NCBI RefSeq assembly: GCF_009914755.1
Contig: NC_060928.1
DNA: 64,000 nt
Origin: the human T2T-CHM13v2.0 reference genome, Homo sapiens
Strand: one strand, 5' to 3'
Positions 40,430 through 56,870 of the stretch are shown here, piece after piece; positions within the stretch are counted from its first letter, which is position 1, and each line of letters starts with the position of its first letter. The notes beneath the pieces are model-generated. The model saw only the letters and a program-made list of their open reading frames with translations. It did not search any database and was not told the origin of the DNA. The position numbers and the translations under genes are program-made.

Positions 40430-40719
40430 TTTTTTTGAGACAAGGTCTTGCTCTATCACTCAGGCTGAAGTGCAGTAGCCCAATCATAGTTCACTGCCAC
40501 CTCCAACTCCAGGGCTCAAGTGATCCTCCTGCCTCAGCCTCCTGAGTAGCTGGTACTACAGGTGCATGCCACCATGCCTGGCTATTTTGTGTGTTTGTGT
40601 GTAGAGATGGCATCTTTTGATATTGCCCAGACTGGTCTTGAACTCCTGGGGTCAATCAATTCTCCTCCCTCAGCCTCCCAAAGGGGTAAGATTACAGGCA
40701 TGAGCAACAGCACCTGGCC
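40430..40719 (-). mobile_element. AluJ
   Basis: Reverse Alu dimer with J diagnostics. Confidence 0.92.
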
Positions 40720-41222
40720 AATATGAACTTTCTTAATCCAACTATCAATTAAATTAAAACCATGTACATTAAAAATTATAGCTTCATTTATAGGTACAGT
40801 CAATCAGCATGGGTTTTGTATATAATTTTGATTTCTCTATTGATATTTTAACCATTTTAAAGTTATCTTCTTAATTTTAGTTCCTGGAAATACAGATTAT
40901 ACTATGCATTTTATTTTACTACTATCTACCTCATAATTGTACTAATATTTCTGGTAAATTACAGATACTGTGTGTCTATGTTTAAAAAAATCTTTATGTG
41001 TTATAAAACCTTAATGTAAGTTAAAATATAAAAATATTCAGTTACAATTAATTTTTATATGATCTTATTTCTTTTAAAAAGCTAAGATTATAAATGAGAG
41101 GACATATATTGATAAGGATTTTTATATTTACGCAGAAGCGTTCTTAATTTTTTTTCCTGTAAATCATGGTTAACTTTGATATTAGTTCCTTTCAGTTTGA
41201 AAAACACCTTTTAGTATTTTTT

Positions 41223-41483
41223 ATTTTTGAGACAAAGGCTTGTTCTGTCAGAGTGCACTGGTGCCATCATAACTCACAATGCGTCCTTGAGCTCCTGGGC
41301 TCAAGTGATCCTCCACTTCAGCCTCCCCAGTAACTGTGACTACAGGCAAACACCACCATGCCCAGCTAATTTATTTATTTTTTATTTTTGTAGATATGGG
41401 GTCTTTCTATTTTGATCAGACTGGTCTTAAACTCTTGGCCTCAAGTGATTCTCATGTCTCAATCTCTACAAGTGCTGGGATTA
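41223..41483 (-). mobile_element. AluJ, 5'-truncated, inside an old L1M
   Basis: Reverse Alu; TAGTATTTTTT repeated on both flanks. Confidence 0.9.
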
Positions 41484-42251
41484 TAGTATTTTTTTTAAAG
41501 GCAGTTTGCTAACAACAACTTATGTATTTGTTTCTCTGGGGATTCCATTATTTTTCCTTTATTTTTGAAGAATTATTTTCCTGAACATACAATTATAGTT
41601 TGACCCTTGCTTGTTTTTGTTTTGTTTCCTCTAGCACTGTGAATATATAATTCCGATACTTTTTAGTCTCATGATTCCTGGAGAAAAATCACCTGTTAAT
41701 CATATTGCTGCTTCCATGTCCAAGTTCCGTTGTTACATACTTTCTACTTCCTATATTTTCTGTTTACCTTTCTATACTTTGACTATGATTTGCCTAGATG
41801 TGAATCTCTTTGTGTCTTTTCTACTTGAGTTTTGCTAAACTTCAGGGATATATAGATTAATGTACTCCATCACATTATGGAAGCTTTCACCATTATTTCA
41901 TCAAATAATATGTCTTCCCCTTTATCTTTCTTCTCTCCTTCTGGCACTCTTATTACATGTACATAGTTAAACTTATTCTTCCACACATTCATAAGTTTCT
42001 GTTACTTTTTATTCATTTTTTCTTCTTTAACATATATTTTCTATTGGTCTTTATTCAAGTTCACTGGTATTTTTATATTTTTATTAAACTTTGTAAAAAA
42101 GAGTTTGACCAATTTACATTTCTCCTACAAACACACTTTTTAATTTTGTCAATCTGAAAATACATTTTAATATGAATTTATATTATTAATAAAGTGACCA
42201 TTATTTCATAATGTAAAGAAGTAATTTTATTTTTATTCTGGTGAATGTTCT

Positions 42252-42900
42252 TGTGACTGGGTGTCCCCAAGACCACTCTCACATTTGATGATTACTGTAA
42301 GGAATCATAGACAACATAAAAGCTGTTATTTTTCATGGTTATGGCACATTACAATGAATGGTTACAGATTAAAATCAGCAAAAGTACAAGGCACATAAAG
42401 TGAAGTCCAGGAATATGAGCAAGCTTCCAGTTTTTTCTGTCAGTTGAGTCACATAGATGGTGCTCAATTCTCACAGCAATATATGTGGCAACATATATAG
42501 AGTATTGCCAACCAGAGAAGTTCACCTGAGCTTTTGTGTCTGGAGTTTTTATTAAGGACTTGTCACTCAGTCTTGAAGTGACACTATGGCTGATCTTAGT
42601 CACTATGTCTTCAGCCCCTCCGGAGGTCAAGTTGATAGAGTGTGGCCTACTGCTCCCGTGATAAACTACATTATTAGCATAAACTATCTATTGTGGTCCA
42701 AGCACCCACCATGAATCAAATCATTAATATAAGCTATCTGTTATAGCCCAAGTTCTCAGGTATATAAAGACACTTTTATTACATAGGATTTCCCAAGTGC
42801 TTGGAATTAATATTACAGGAATTGGTCAAGGACCAGTCCTTTCCTTATGATATTTAGGGTGTAAATGCCCCAAGCCTACTGAGTTAACCCTTTACTTCAC
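42252..42900 (-). mobile_element. MER21C LTR
   Basis: Minus strand starts TGTGAAGTAAAGGGTTAACTCAG like MER21C and ends ...GGGGACACCCAGTCACA. Confidence 0.8.
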
Positions 42901-43577
42901 AGAACTATTGTCATAATTTTCCATGATTTAAAGATATGTACATATTAAGGTGATTAGCTCTTCATCTGGCATATGATGTATAAATTTTGACATAAGAGGG
43001 AAATATCTCTTATTTAATTCACACAGATAACCTAAAATTATTTTTTAAAATGCTGTTTGCTTTTAGAAAAAATTAAGAACACCATCATGACAGAATATAT
43101 CATAAATATAGAAAATGTAGGCCAATAATAGAGTAAAAACTGTCTGCTTCTCATATAAATAATAAATAATGAATATCCAGAATATTTACATGGTGTCTAC
43201 AAATCTATGAGAAAAAGTTATTCAGCCAAATATATGTAAAATCTAGAGATGACATTAAGCAGTGCATACAGGAATATACCATAACCACAAATGAACTTAG
43301 AAAAGATCTTCAATCTCCTCTGCAATCAATAAACACAAAATGAACAGACTTGTTCACAGAAATCAAATAAAAAATACTTTTACAGAAAATAACAAATATT
43401 GTTAAGCACATTTTTTCCTAAAGTATAAAATGGTAGGGTCACTTTGGAGGACAAATGAATAGCATCTAGTAATAATGATGCTGTGAATACACCCTGACCA
43501 AGAATTTCACTTGTAGGAGTCTAAGATAAAGAAATACATTTTCCAACGTGTTGTACATCTCTGTATTTTTCATTCTT

Positions 43578-43707
43578 TTTTTTTTTATACTTTAAGTTTT
43601 AGGGTACATGTGCACAACGTGCAGGTTAGTTACACATGTATACATGTGCCATTTGACCCAGCAATCCCATTACTGGATATATACCCAAAGGATTATAAAT
43701 CATGCTG
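43578..43707 (-). mobile_element. Short 5'-inverted (twin-primed) L1PA insertion
   Basis: Poly-T and reverse L1 3' UTR joined to a forward L1 internal piece; 17-bp TSD CTGTATTTTWCATTCTT at 43561-43577 and 43705-43721. Confidence 0.88.
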
Positions 43708-43799
43708 TATTTTACATTCTTAAAAATTCAAGTTGCCATTGGGTAATATGACCATTTTGGATGAATTTTCCCTGTTTTATTTTTATGTTAAAACTTCTT

Positions 43800-44090
43800 G
43801 GCCAGGCATGGTGGCTCACACCTGTAATCTCAGCACTTCGGGAGGCCAAGGTGGGCAAATCACTTGAGGTCAAGAGTTCAAGACCAACCTGGAATCCCCA
43901 TCTTTACTAAAAAATGCAAAAATCAGCCTGGCATGGTACTGTTCACCCATAGCCCCAGCTACTCCAGAGGCTGAGGTGTGAGAATCCCTTGCACCCATGA
44001 GGCGGAGGGTGCAGTGAGCCGAGGTCACACCACTGCACTCCATCCTGGGCAACAGAGCAAGATTCTGTCTCAAAAACAATAACAAACCCC
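43800..44090 (+). mobile_element. AluS with small internal deletion
   Basis: Alu dimer GGCCAGGCATGG...TGTCTCAAAAAC. Confidence 0.93.
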
Positions 44091-44159
44091 AAAACCTTTT
44101 TTATTTTATGTTCATTCATGAAGGCTTTCACTGGACATAGAATTCTGGATTGAAAGAGT

Positions 44160-44390
44160 TTTTCTTTTCCTTCCTTCCTTCTCCTTCTTCTCTATCTTCT
44201 CCTCATTTTTCTCCTCCTCCTCCTCTTCTGCTTTCTTCTTCTCCTTCTCCTCCTTCTACTCCTTCTCCTCCTCATCCTCCTCCTCCTCCTCCTTCTCCTT
44301 CTTCTTCTCCTCCTCCTCCTCTTCCTCCTCCTCCTGTTCCTACTCCTTCTTCTTCTCCTCCTTCTTCTTTCTCCTTCTTCTTATTTTTCT
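44160..44390. repeat. (CCT)/(CTT)n pyrimidine low-complexity tract
   Basis: Seen directly; explains the Pro/Ser ORF at 44150-44479. Confidence 0.95.
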
Positions 44391-44479
44391 GGAATTTTCT
44401 TCCTCTCATTTTTCCTTATTTAGAATATTTTTTCCTTCTTTTGAATAATATTCCTCTCATTCTTCTTTATTTTGAATAA

Positions 44480-47400
44480 CTTTGCCTTCTTTTGAACAAA
44501 GTGGATATAATTAAGTATGAAATTTTGTTTCCCTTTTTAATTCTGAGTTATTTTCTTAGTGGTTGCATTAAGGCTTATATCATACATCTTAACTTATTAG
44601 AAGTATTTCTGCTGATTTAATTCATTAATGCTGACCCAATTTTAGTGAAATATAGAAACTTCACTTCCTTATAGTTCCATTTACCCCCCTCATTGTTCTA
44701 TTATTGCTGTACATGTAAAGTATATATATATTTGGCAAACCCAGTAATAAATTATTATAAATATTAGCTTTTTTCACTTTATTTTTCTTAAATAAGTTGA
44801 AGTAAAAGGGTAGAGAAAATATAGTTTATTATATTAATATTTTTGTTAACTTTCACTTGTACTCTTTCTATGAATTTAAGCTACCATCTGGTAACTAATT
44901 TGCTTATTCCATTATAGTTTTTTTCCCACCCACCTTTATTATGCTGTTATTGTCAAATATATTTGTATATGTTTTAGGATATATAACATATATTCTAAAT
45001 ACATTATATATCTGTATGTTACAGTGCAAAAATACCCTTAAATATATTGTTTATGCAATTGCTTTTTTAAATTATTTAAGGCAGGAGAAAAATATATACA
45101 AGTAGACTGTCTTTTAAAATTACCTCCTTAATTGTTTTTACCAACACTTTTTTATGTGTATTCAGATTAATCTATGATATCACTTGCCTTCAGCCTAGAA
45201 ATGTCCTTTATTTTTTTTGTGAAGCAGTTCTGCTAGCAATAAATTCTATCAGTTTTTGTTTTTCTGGGAATGCATTGATTTTTGTCTTCATTTTGAAATA
45301 TAGTTTTATTAGATACAAGCTTCTTGATCAACAGCTTTTGTGTTGTTTTGCTTTGTTTTACTTAGCACTTTGCTTCTGTTGTTACACTGCCTTCTCATCA
45401 CCATTGTTTCCGATGAGTAGGCAGCTATTAATTTTATTGGAGTTTCTCTTGTATGTCATGAATCATTTTACCCTTAATGTTTTGAAGATTTTCTTTCTCT
45501 CTTTAGCTTAACCTTTTGATTAGGATGTGTTTAAGTGTATATCTCTTTTGGTTTATCCTAATTTGAGTTTATTGAGCTTCTTAATATAAGGATTTTTTTT
45601 CAACAGATTTTGAAAATGTTAAGATTATTGCATAATCCTTGTTGATCTATTTTTAAATTCACTGATTGTTTCTTTTTCTTACTCAAATCTTTCACTGTCA
45701 CTCTATTTTCATATTTTTACTTTTCATCTTCATATTTTATTTGACTTTTTACAATTTCTATTTCTTTATTGATAGTCTCTCTTTTATAATCCATTGTCAT
45801 TATATCTTCATTTCTTTAAATATGGTTTTCATTAATTATTTGAACATATTTATAACAGCTACTGTGAAGTCTGTGCTAATTCCACCATCTGTGTACTTCA
45901 ACAGTAATTTTTATTGCCTGATTATTTTTCTCATTTGTGAGTCTCACTTGTACTTTTTCCTACATGTATCATAAATTTTTGTTGTTGAAAACTGGACATT
46001 TTAAACATATATACTGTTGAAATTCTGGGTACTGACTTCTTATTCACCTCCCCATGTTTTCTTATTGTTTTTCTTGGTGTTGGTGGTGGTGTCTTTTTGT
46101 GAGTTTTAAAATTTCATCATTTGAATAAGTTATTTTTCCAAAGTCTATTTTGCCTGTTTTCAGCCTCTGATGTTTTTGCTCAGATTTTGTTCCCTTGTTT
46201 TTAATTTTTATGTTTAGTTTAGTTACCTAGGGGTCACTTCCAGGTCAATATAAGTCACATGGTGGTCAAAGGTTGGGCTTAAGCTTCCTTTATCAGTAGA
46301 TTTTTACCTTTTCTCATTGGATATGTGAATTGTTGGAGCCTACTATCACAATTCAATAAGCTTTTGTGTTTGCCCCATTTTCATCCAGGGACTAGTAGCT
46401 TCTATTTTTTTCTCTTCAGTCAGTACTGAGAAGATACAGCCATGGGCATTCCTGAGTCTTTCAAACTGCAGGGCGAAGTATGAATTTATCTATAAGCATG
46501 GCATTCTAGGAGTTGCCTCTAGGACCACGTAGCTTATTATTCAGTAGTGTTCACTCTGGGGTTGTCTTTAAACCAGTGAAGACTCTGCCTTGTGTTGATG
46601 TGTCTATGTTTGACTGGATAAATATTTTTAAGTCTGTCCAGGTTATGTACTGATTGCTCCCGGGTTCCTACTCATTATTATTATTACACAGTCTAGCACA
46701 TTTTCATCATCTTCCTGGTTCATAGTTGAATATGATCTCTATGGAACTACCAAACTCCTATTAATTGCTCTCCACCAAGATTTCCATTGTTTCTGAAAAT
46801 GTCCTCAGGCATGGAATTTCTCATGTTTGGTACCAAATATAGTCAGTTTCCTCAGTCAGATCTGTGGAAGTCTTCATTGTTAGGACTTGCCTTCCCCACA
46901 TGCATAATCTCTTCACAAGTGCAACAGAACTGGTGTGTTAGAGAATCAGATTTTCCAGAAAACTACTCATATTACAAGTGTGCACTGGTGGTGGGAAGTA
47001 GATTCTTCTCTTTTCAGCTTGGCTCTCCTATCATGGAAATTATATTTATAAGCCAACTGGGAAAGGGGCACTTGGGGCCCAATATTCTTGGTCTGCATTC
47101 CTGGAGTACAATGTCCATTTTATGATTGGGGGCTGGATGGGAAAAGGGACACCAGTGCTATCCGAAGTGCTCAGATGGTATGAAGATTCTGCAGGACAGG
47201 GCTGGGAGGCATAAGAAATGTTAGCATCCTGACCATCTTTATGTGAAACCACATCCCAAGACTATGAGTTGGATAGAGCAAGTCATTGTCTTTTTTGCCA
47301 CACATCCTTGGGAGTAGAATGCCCATGGTAGAGATTCATAACACAGAGCTAGGGGTGGAATAAGTGGGAAGGGTCAGAATATGGGTTATAGTTCAAATTC

Positions 47401-47590
47401 TATAGACTCTCACTGTATTTTGTGCAAAGACAGAAGATTTTCTTAAATGAATATAAGTAAAATTTCACAAATGAAACATTATTTTTGTTTTATAATTTTT
47501 ATCAATTAATTTGTTATGTTGCTGATGAAAGGATCCTCTGATATTTTTATTCCACCATTCTGGAAGTTCCCTTTTGAAAGAATTTCACTG
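44480..47590 (-). mobile_element. Ancient L1M (L1MD/L1M4-like) ORF1/5' region relics
   Basis: Degenerate reverse L1 motifs (CTGCTAGCAATAAATTCTATCAG, TTTTGTTGTTGAAAACTGGACATTTT). Confidence 0.55.
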
Positions 47591-48487
47591 ATAGTTGCTA
47601 TAGTTTGGGTGTTTGTCTCCTCCAAATCTCATGTTGAAATGGGGTCCCCAGTGTTAGAGGTGGGGCCTGGTGGGAAGTGTTTAAATCATGGCAGCAAATT
47701 CTTCATAAATCCCTCTGATATGGTTTGGTTCTGTGTTCCCACCCAATTTCATGTTGAATTGTAATAATACCCATGTGTCAAAGGCAGGACTAGGTGGAGA
47801 AAATTGAATCATGGGTGGTTTCCCCCATGCTGTTCTTATGATAGTGAGTGAGTTCTCACAATATCTGATTGTTTCATAAGGAGCTTCCCCCTTCACTTGG
47901 CACTCATTCTCTCTCTTGCCATCCTGTGAAGAGGTGACTTCTATCAGGATCGTAAGTTTCTTGAGGCCTCCCAAGCCATGTGGAACTTTGAGTCAATTAA
48001 CCTCTTCTATATAAATCACCCAGTCTTGGGTATTTTTTATAGCAGTGTGAGAATGAACTAATACAGTAAATTGGTAATGCAGAGAGTAGGTGCTGCTATA
48101 AAGATACTTGAAAATGTAGAAGTGACTTTGGAATTTGGTAAAAGGCAGAGATTGGAGCAGTTTAGAGGGCTCAGAAGAAGACAGGAAAATGTGGGAAAAT
48201 TTGGAACTTCCTAGGGACTTGGAGGGCTCAGAAGACAGGAAGACATGGGAAAGTGTGGAACTTCCTAGGGACTTGTTGAATAGTTTTGACCAAAATGCTA
48301 ATAGTCATATGGACAATACATTTCAGGTTGATGTGGTCACAGATGTAGATGAGGAATTTGTTGGGAACTGGAATAAAGGTGACATTTGTTATGCTCTAGT
48401 GAAGAGACTGGAGGCATTTTGCCCCTGCCCTATATATCTCTGGAAGTTTCAATTTGAGAAAGATGATTTAGGGTATCTGGTGGAAGA

Positions 48488-50180
48488 ACTACAAAGCACT
48501 GCTCAGTGAAATAAAAGAGGACACAAACAAATGGAAGAACATTCCATGCTCATGGATAGGAAGAATCAATATTGTGAAAATGGCCATACTGCCTAAGGTA
48601 ATCTATAGAGTCAATGCCATCCCCATCAAGCTACCAATGACTTTCTTCACAAAATTGGAAAAAACACTTTAAAGTTCATTTGGAACCAGAAAAAAGCCCA
48701 CATAGCCAAGACAATCCTAAGCAAAAAGAACAAAGCTGGAAGCATCACGCTACCTGACTTCAAACTGTACTACAAGGCTACATTAACCAAAACAGCATGG
48801 TACTGGTACTGGTACCGAAACAGATATATAGACTAATGGAACAGAAGAGAGGCCTCAGAAATAACACCACACATCTACAACCATCTGATCTTTGACAAAC
48901 CTGACAAAAACAAGAAATGGGGAAAGGATTCCCTATTTAATAAATGGTGCTGGGAAAACTGGTTAGCCATATGTAGAAAGTTGAAACTGGGCCTCTTCCT
49001 TTCACCTTATAGAAAAATTAATTCAAGATGGAATTAAAGACTTAAATGTAAGACTTAAAACCATAAAAACCCTAGAAGAAAACCAAGGCAATACCACTCA
49101 GGACATAGGCATGACCAAAAACTTCACGAGTAAAGCAATGGCAACAAAATTCAAAACGCAATGGCAACAAAAACACCAAAAGCGATGGCAACAAAAGTCA
49201 AAATAGACAAGTGGGATCTAATTAAACTAAAGAGCTTCTGCACAGCAAAAGAAACTACCATCAGAGTGAACAGGCAACCTACAGAATGGGAGAAAATTTT
49301 TGACATCTACCCAACTGACAAAGGGCTAATATACAGAATCTACAAATAACTTAAACAAATTTACAAGAAACAAACAACCCCATCAAAAAGTGGGCAAGGG
49401 ATATGAACAGACACTTCTCAAAAGAAGATATTTATGCAGCCAACAGACACATGAAAAAATGCTCATCATCACTTGTCATCAGGGAATGCAAATCAAAACC
49501 ACAATGAGATATCATCCCATGCCAGTTAGAATGGCAATCACTAAAGTCAGGAAACAACAGATGCTGGAGAGGATGTGGAGAAATGAAATGAAATGCTTTT
49601 ACACTGTTGGTGGGAGTGTAAATTAGTTCAAACATTGTGGAAGACAGTGTGGCAATTCCTCAGTGATCTAGAACTAGAAGTATCATTTAACCCAGTGATC
49701 CCATTACTGGGTACATACCCAAAGATTATAAATAATGCTACTATAAAGATGCATGCACACATATGTTTACTGTGGCACTATTCACAATAGCAAAGACTTG
49801 GAACCAACCCAAATGTCCATCAGTGATAGACTGGATTAAGAAAATGGATGAGTTCATGTCCTTTGCAGTGACATGGATGAAGCTGGAAACCATCATTCTC
49901 AGCAAACTATCACAAGGACAGAAAACCAAACACCACATGTTCTCACTCATAGGTGGGAATTGAACAATGAGAACACATAGACCCAGGGTGGGGAACATCA
50001 CACACTGGAGCCTGTTGGGGGGTGGGGGGCTGTGGGAGGGATAGCATTAGGAGAAATACCTCATGTAAATGATGAGTTGACGGGTGCAGCAAACCAACAT
50101 GGCACATGTTTATCTACGTAACAAACCTGCATGTTGTGCACCTGTACCCTAGAGCTTAAAGTTTAATAATTAAAAAAAAA
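48488..50180 (+). mobile_element. 5'-truncated L1PA6-like element inside THE1C-int
   Basis: L1 ORF2 3' part ([23 protein letters not shown]...), 3' UTR and poly-A; no TSD found. Confidence 0.92.
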
Positions 50181-51805
50181 GAATTGAGGTTGGGGAACCT
50201 CTGCCTAGATGCAGAGGATGTATGGAAATGCCTGGGTGTCCAGGCAGAAGTTTGCTGCAGAGGTGGAGCCCTCATGGAAAACCTCTGCTTGGGCAGTGCA
50301 GAAGGGAAGTATGGGGATGGAGTCCGCACACAGATTCCCCACCCGGGCACTGCCTAGTGCAGCTGTGAGGAGAGGGACATCATCCTCCAGACCCCAGAAT
50401 GGTAGATCCATCAATGGCTTGCACCATGTGCCAGGAAGAGCCACAGGCACTCAATGGCAGCCCATGAAAGCAGCCCAGAGGAGGACTGTACCCTGCAAAG
50501 TCACAGGGGTGAAGCTGCCCAACACCAGGGGAGCTCATCTCTTGCATCAGTGTAACCTGGATGTGTGACATAGAGTCAAAGAAGATCATTTTGTAACTTT
50601 AAGGTTTAATGACCACCTTATTGGATTTCAGATTTGCATGGAGCCTGTAGCCCCTTTGTTTTGACTAATTTCTCCCATTTGGAATGGGTGCATTTATGCA
50701 ATGCCTGCACCCCCATTGTATCTAAAAAAGTAACTCACTTGTGTTTGATTTTACTGGCTCATAGACAGAAGGGACTTGCCTTGATGTAGGAGGACATGAT
50801 ATTTTGAGGGGTCAGGCGTGGAACGATATGATCTGGCTCTATGTCCCGACCCAAATCTCACCTTGAATTGTAATAATCTCCATGTGTCAAGGGTGGGACC
50901 AGGTGTATACAATTGAATCATAGGAGTGGTTTCCCCATGCTGTTCTTGTGATAGGGAGTAAGTTTTCACAAGATCTGATGGTTTTATTTTATTTTATTTC
51001 TTTATTTATACTTTAAGTTTTAGGGTACATGTGCACATTGTGCAGGTTAGTTACATATGTATACATGTGCCATGCTGGTGCACTGCACCCACTAACTCAT
51101 CATCTAGCATTAGGTATATCTCCCGATGCTATCCCTCTCCCCTCCCCCCACCCCACAACAGTCCCCAGATTGTGATATTCTCCTTCCTGTGTCCATGTGA
51201 TCTCATTGTTCAGTTCCCACCTATGAGTGAGAATATGCGGTGTTTGGTTTTTTGCGATAGTTTACTGAGAATGATGATTTCCAATTTCATCCATGTCCCT
51301 ACAAAGGACATGAACTCATCATTTTTTATGGCCGCATAGTATTCCATGGTGTATATGTGCCACATTTTCTTAATCCAGTCTATCATTGATGGACATTTGG
51401 GTTGGTTCCAAGTCTTTGCTATTGTGAATAATGCCACAATAAACATACATGGGCATGTGTCTTTATAGCAGCATGATTTATAGTCCTTTGGGTATATACC
51501 CAGTAATGGGATGGCTGGGTGAAATGGTATTTCCAGTTCTAGATCCCTGAGGAATTGCCACACTGAATTCCACAATGGTTGAACTAGTTTACAGTTCCAC
51601 CAACAGTGTAAAAGTGTTCCTATTTCTCCACATCCTCTCCAGCACCTGTTGTTTCCTGACTTTTTAATGATTGCCATTCTAACTGGTGTGAGATGGTATC
51701 TCATTGTGGTTTTGATTTGCATTTCTCTGATGGCCAGTGATGATGAGCATTTTTTCATGTGTTTTTTGGCTGCATAAATGTCTTCTTTTGAGAAGTGTCT
51801 GTTCA

Positions 51806-55041
<3,236 letters not shown>

Positions 55042-55227
55042 TTATTTTGCTCGTTAGTTGATGCAGTTTCTTCCTAGTCTCGATGGTCTTTACATTTTGG
55101 CATGATTTTGCAGCAGCTGGTACCGGTTGTTCCTTTCCATGTTTAGTGCTTCCTTCAGGAGCTCTTGTAAGGCAGGGCTGGTGGTGACAAAATCTCTCAG
55201 CATTTGCTTGTCTGTAAAGGATTTTAT

Positions 55228-56106
55228 TTATCCTTCACTTATGAAGCTTAGTTTGGCTGGATATGAAATTCTGGGTTGAAAATTCTTTTCTTTAAGAATG
55301 TTGAATATTGGCCCCCTCTCTCTTCTGGCTTGTAGGGTTTCTGCCAAGAGATCCGCTGTTAGTGTGATGGGCTTCCCTTTGAGGGTAACCCAACCTTTCT
55401 CTCTGGCTGCCCTTAACATTTTTTCCTTCATTTCAACTTTGGTGAATCTGACAATTATGTGTCTTGGAGTTGCTCTTCTCGAGGAGTATCTTTGTGGCGT
55501 TCTCTGTATTTCCTGAATCTGAATGTTGGCCTGCCTTGCTAGATTGGGGAAGTTCTCCTGGATAATATCCTGCAGAGTGTTTTCCAACTTAGTTCCATTC
55601 TCCCCATCACTTTCAGGTACACCAATCAGACGTAGATTTGGTCTTTTCACATAGTCCCATATTTCTTGGAGGCTTTGCTCATTTCTTTTTATTCTTTTTT
55701 CTCTAGACTTCCCTTCTCGCTTCATTTCATTCATTTCATCTTCCATCGCTGATACCCTTTCTTCCAGTTGATCGCATCGGCTCCTGAGGCTTCTGCATTC
55801 TTCACGTAGTTCTCGAGCCTTGGTTTTCAGCTCCATCAGCTCCTTTAAGCACTTCTCTGTATTGGTTATTCTAGTTATACATTCTTCTAAATTTTTTTCA
55901 AAGTTTTCAACTTCTTTGCCTTTAGTTTGAATGTCCTCCCGTAGCTCAGAGTAATTTGATCGTCTGAAGCCTTCTTCTCTCAGCTCGTCAAAGTCATTCT
56001 CCATCCAGCTTTGTTCCGTTGCTGCTGAGGAACTGCGTTCCTTTGGAGGAGGAGAGATGCTCTGCTTTTTAGAGTTTCCAGTTTTTCTGTTCTGTTTTTT
56101 CCCCAT
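55228..56106 (-). pseudogene. L1 ORF1p truncated at 292 aa by a premature TAA
   Basis: MGKKQNRKTGNSK...KLSFISEG then stop where the consensus continues EIKYF to 338 aa. Confidence 0.93.
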
Positions 56107-56561
56107 CTTTGTGGTTTTATCTACTTTTGGTGTTTGATGATGGTGATGTACAGATGGGTTTTTGGTGTGGATGTCCTTTCTGTTTGTTAGTTTTCCTTCT
56201 AACAGAGAGGATCCTCAGCTGCAGGTCTGTTGGAGTACCCTGCCGTGTTAGGTGTCAGTGTGCCCCTGCTGGGGGGTGCCTCCCAGTTAGGCTGCTCGGG
56301 GGTCAGGGGTCAGGGACCCATTTGAGGAGGCAGTCTGCCTGTTCTCAGATCTCCAGCTGCGTGCTGGGAGAACCACTGCTCTCTTCAAAGTTGTCAGATA
56401 GGGACATTTAAGTCTGCAGAGGTTACTGCTGTCTTTTTGTTTGTCTGTGCCCTGCCCCCAGAGGTGGAGCCTACAGAGGCAGGCAGGCCTCCTTGAGCTG
56501 TGGTGGGTTCCACCCAGTTCGAGCTTCCCGGCTGCTTTGTTTACCTAATCAAGCCTGGGCA

Positions 56562-56870
56562 ATGGTGGGCGCCCCTCCCCCACCCTCGCTGCTGCCTTGC
56601 AGTTTGATCTCAGACTGCTGTGCTAGCAATCAGCGAGAGTCCATGGGCGTAGGACCCTCCGAGCCAGGTGCAGGATATAATCTGGTGGTGCACCGTTTTT
56701 TAAGCCCGTCGGAAAAGCGCAGTATTCGGGTGGGAGTGACCCGATTTTCCAGGTGCCGTCCGTCACCCCTTTCTTTGACTCAGAAAGGGAACTCCCTGAC
56801 CCCTTGCGCTTCCCAAGTGAGGCAATGCCTCGCCCTGCTTCGGCTCGCACATGGTGTGCGCACCCACTGA
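56562..56870 (+). CDS. L1 antisense ORF0 homolog (102 aa, extended C-terminus)
   Basis: MVGAPPPPSLLPCSLISDCCASNQRESMGVGPSEPG... matches primate ORF0 in the 5' UTR. Confidence 0.7.
   Translation: MVGAPPPPSLLPCSLISDCCASNQRESMGVGPSEPGAGYNLVVHRFLSPSEKRSIRVGVTRFSRCRPSPLSLTQKGNSLTPCASQVRQCLALLRLAHGVRTH

Noticed and set aside
44150-44479. Pro/Ser-rich 109-aa ORF
   Set aside because: Translation of the (CCT/CTT)n tract
48163-48275. Tandem duplication of about 55 bp in THE1-int
   Set aside because: I recall this as a common feature of THE1C internal sequences, not specific to this locus
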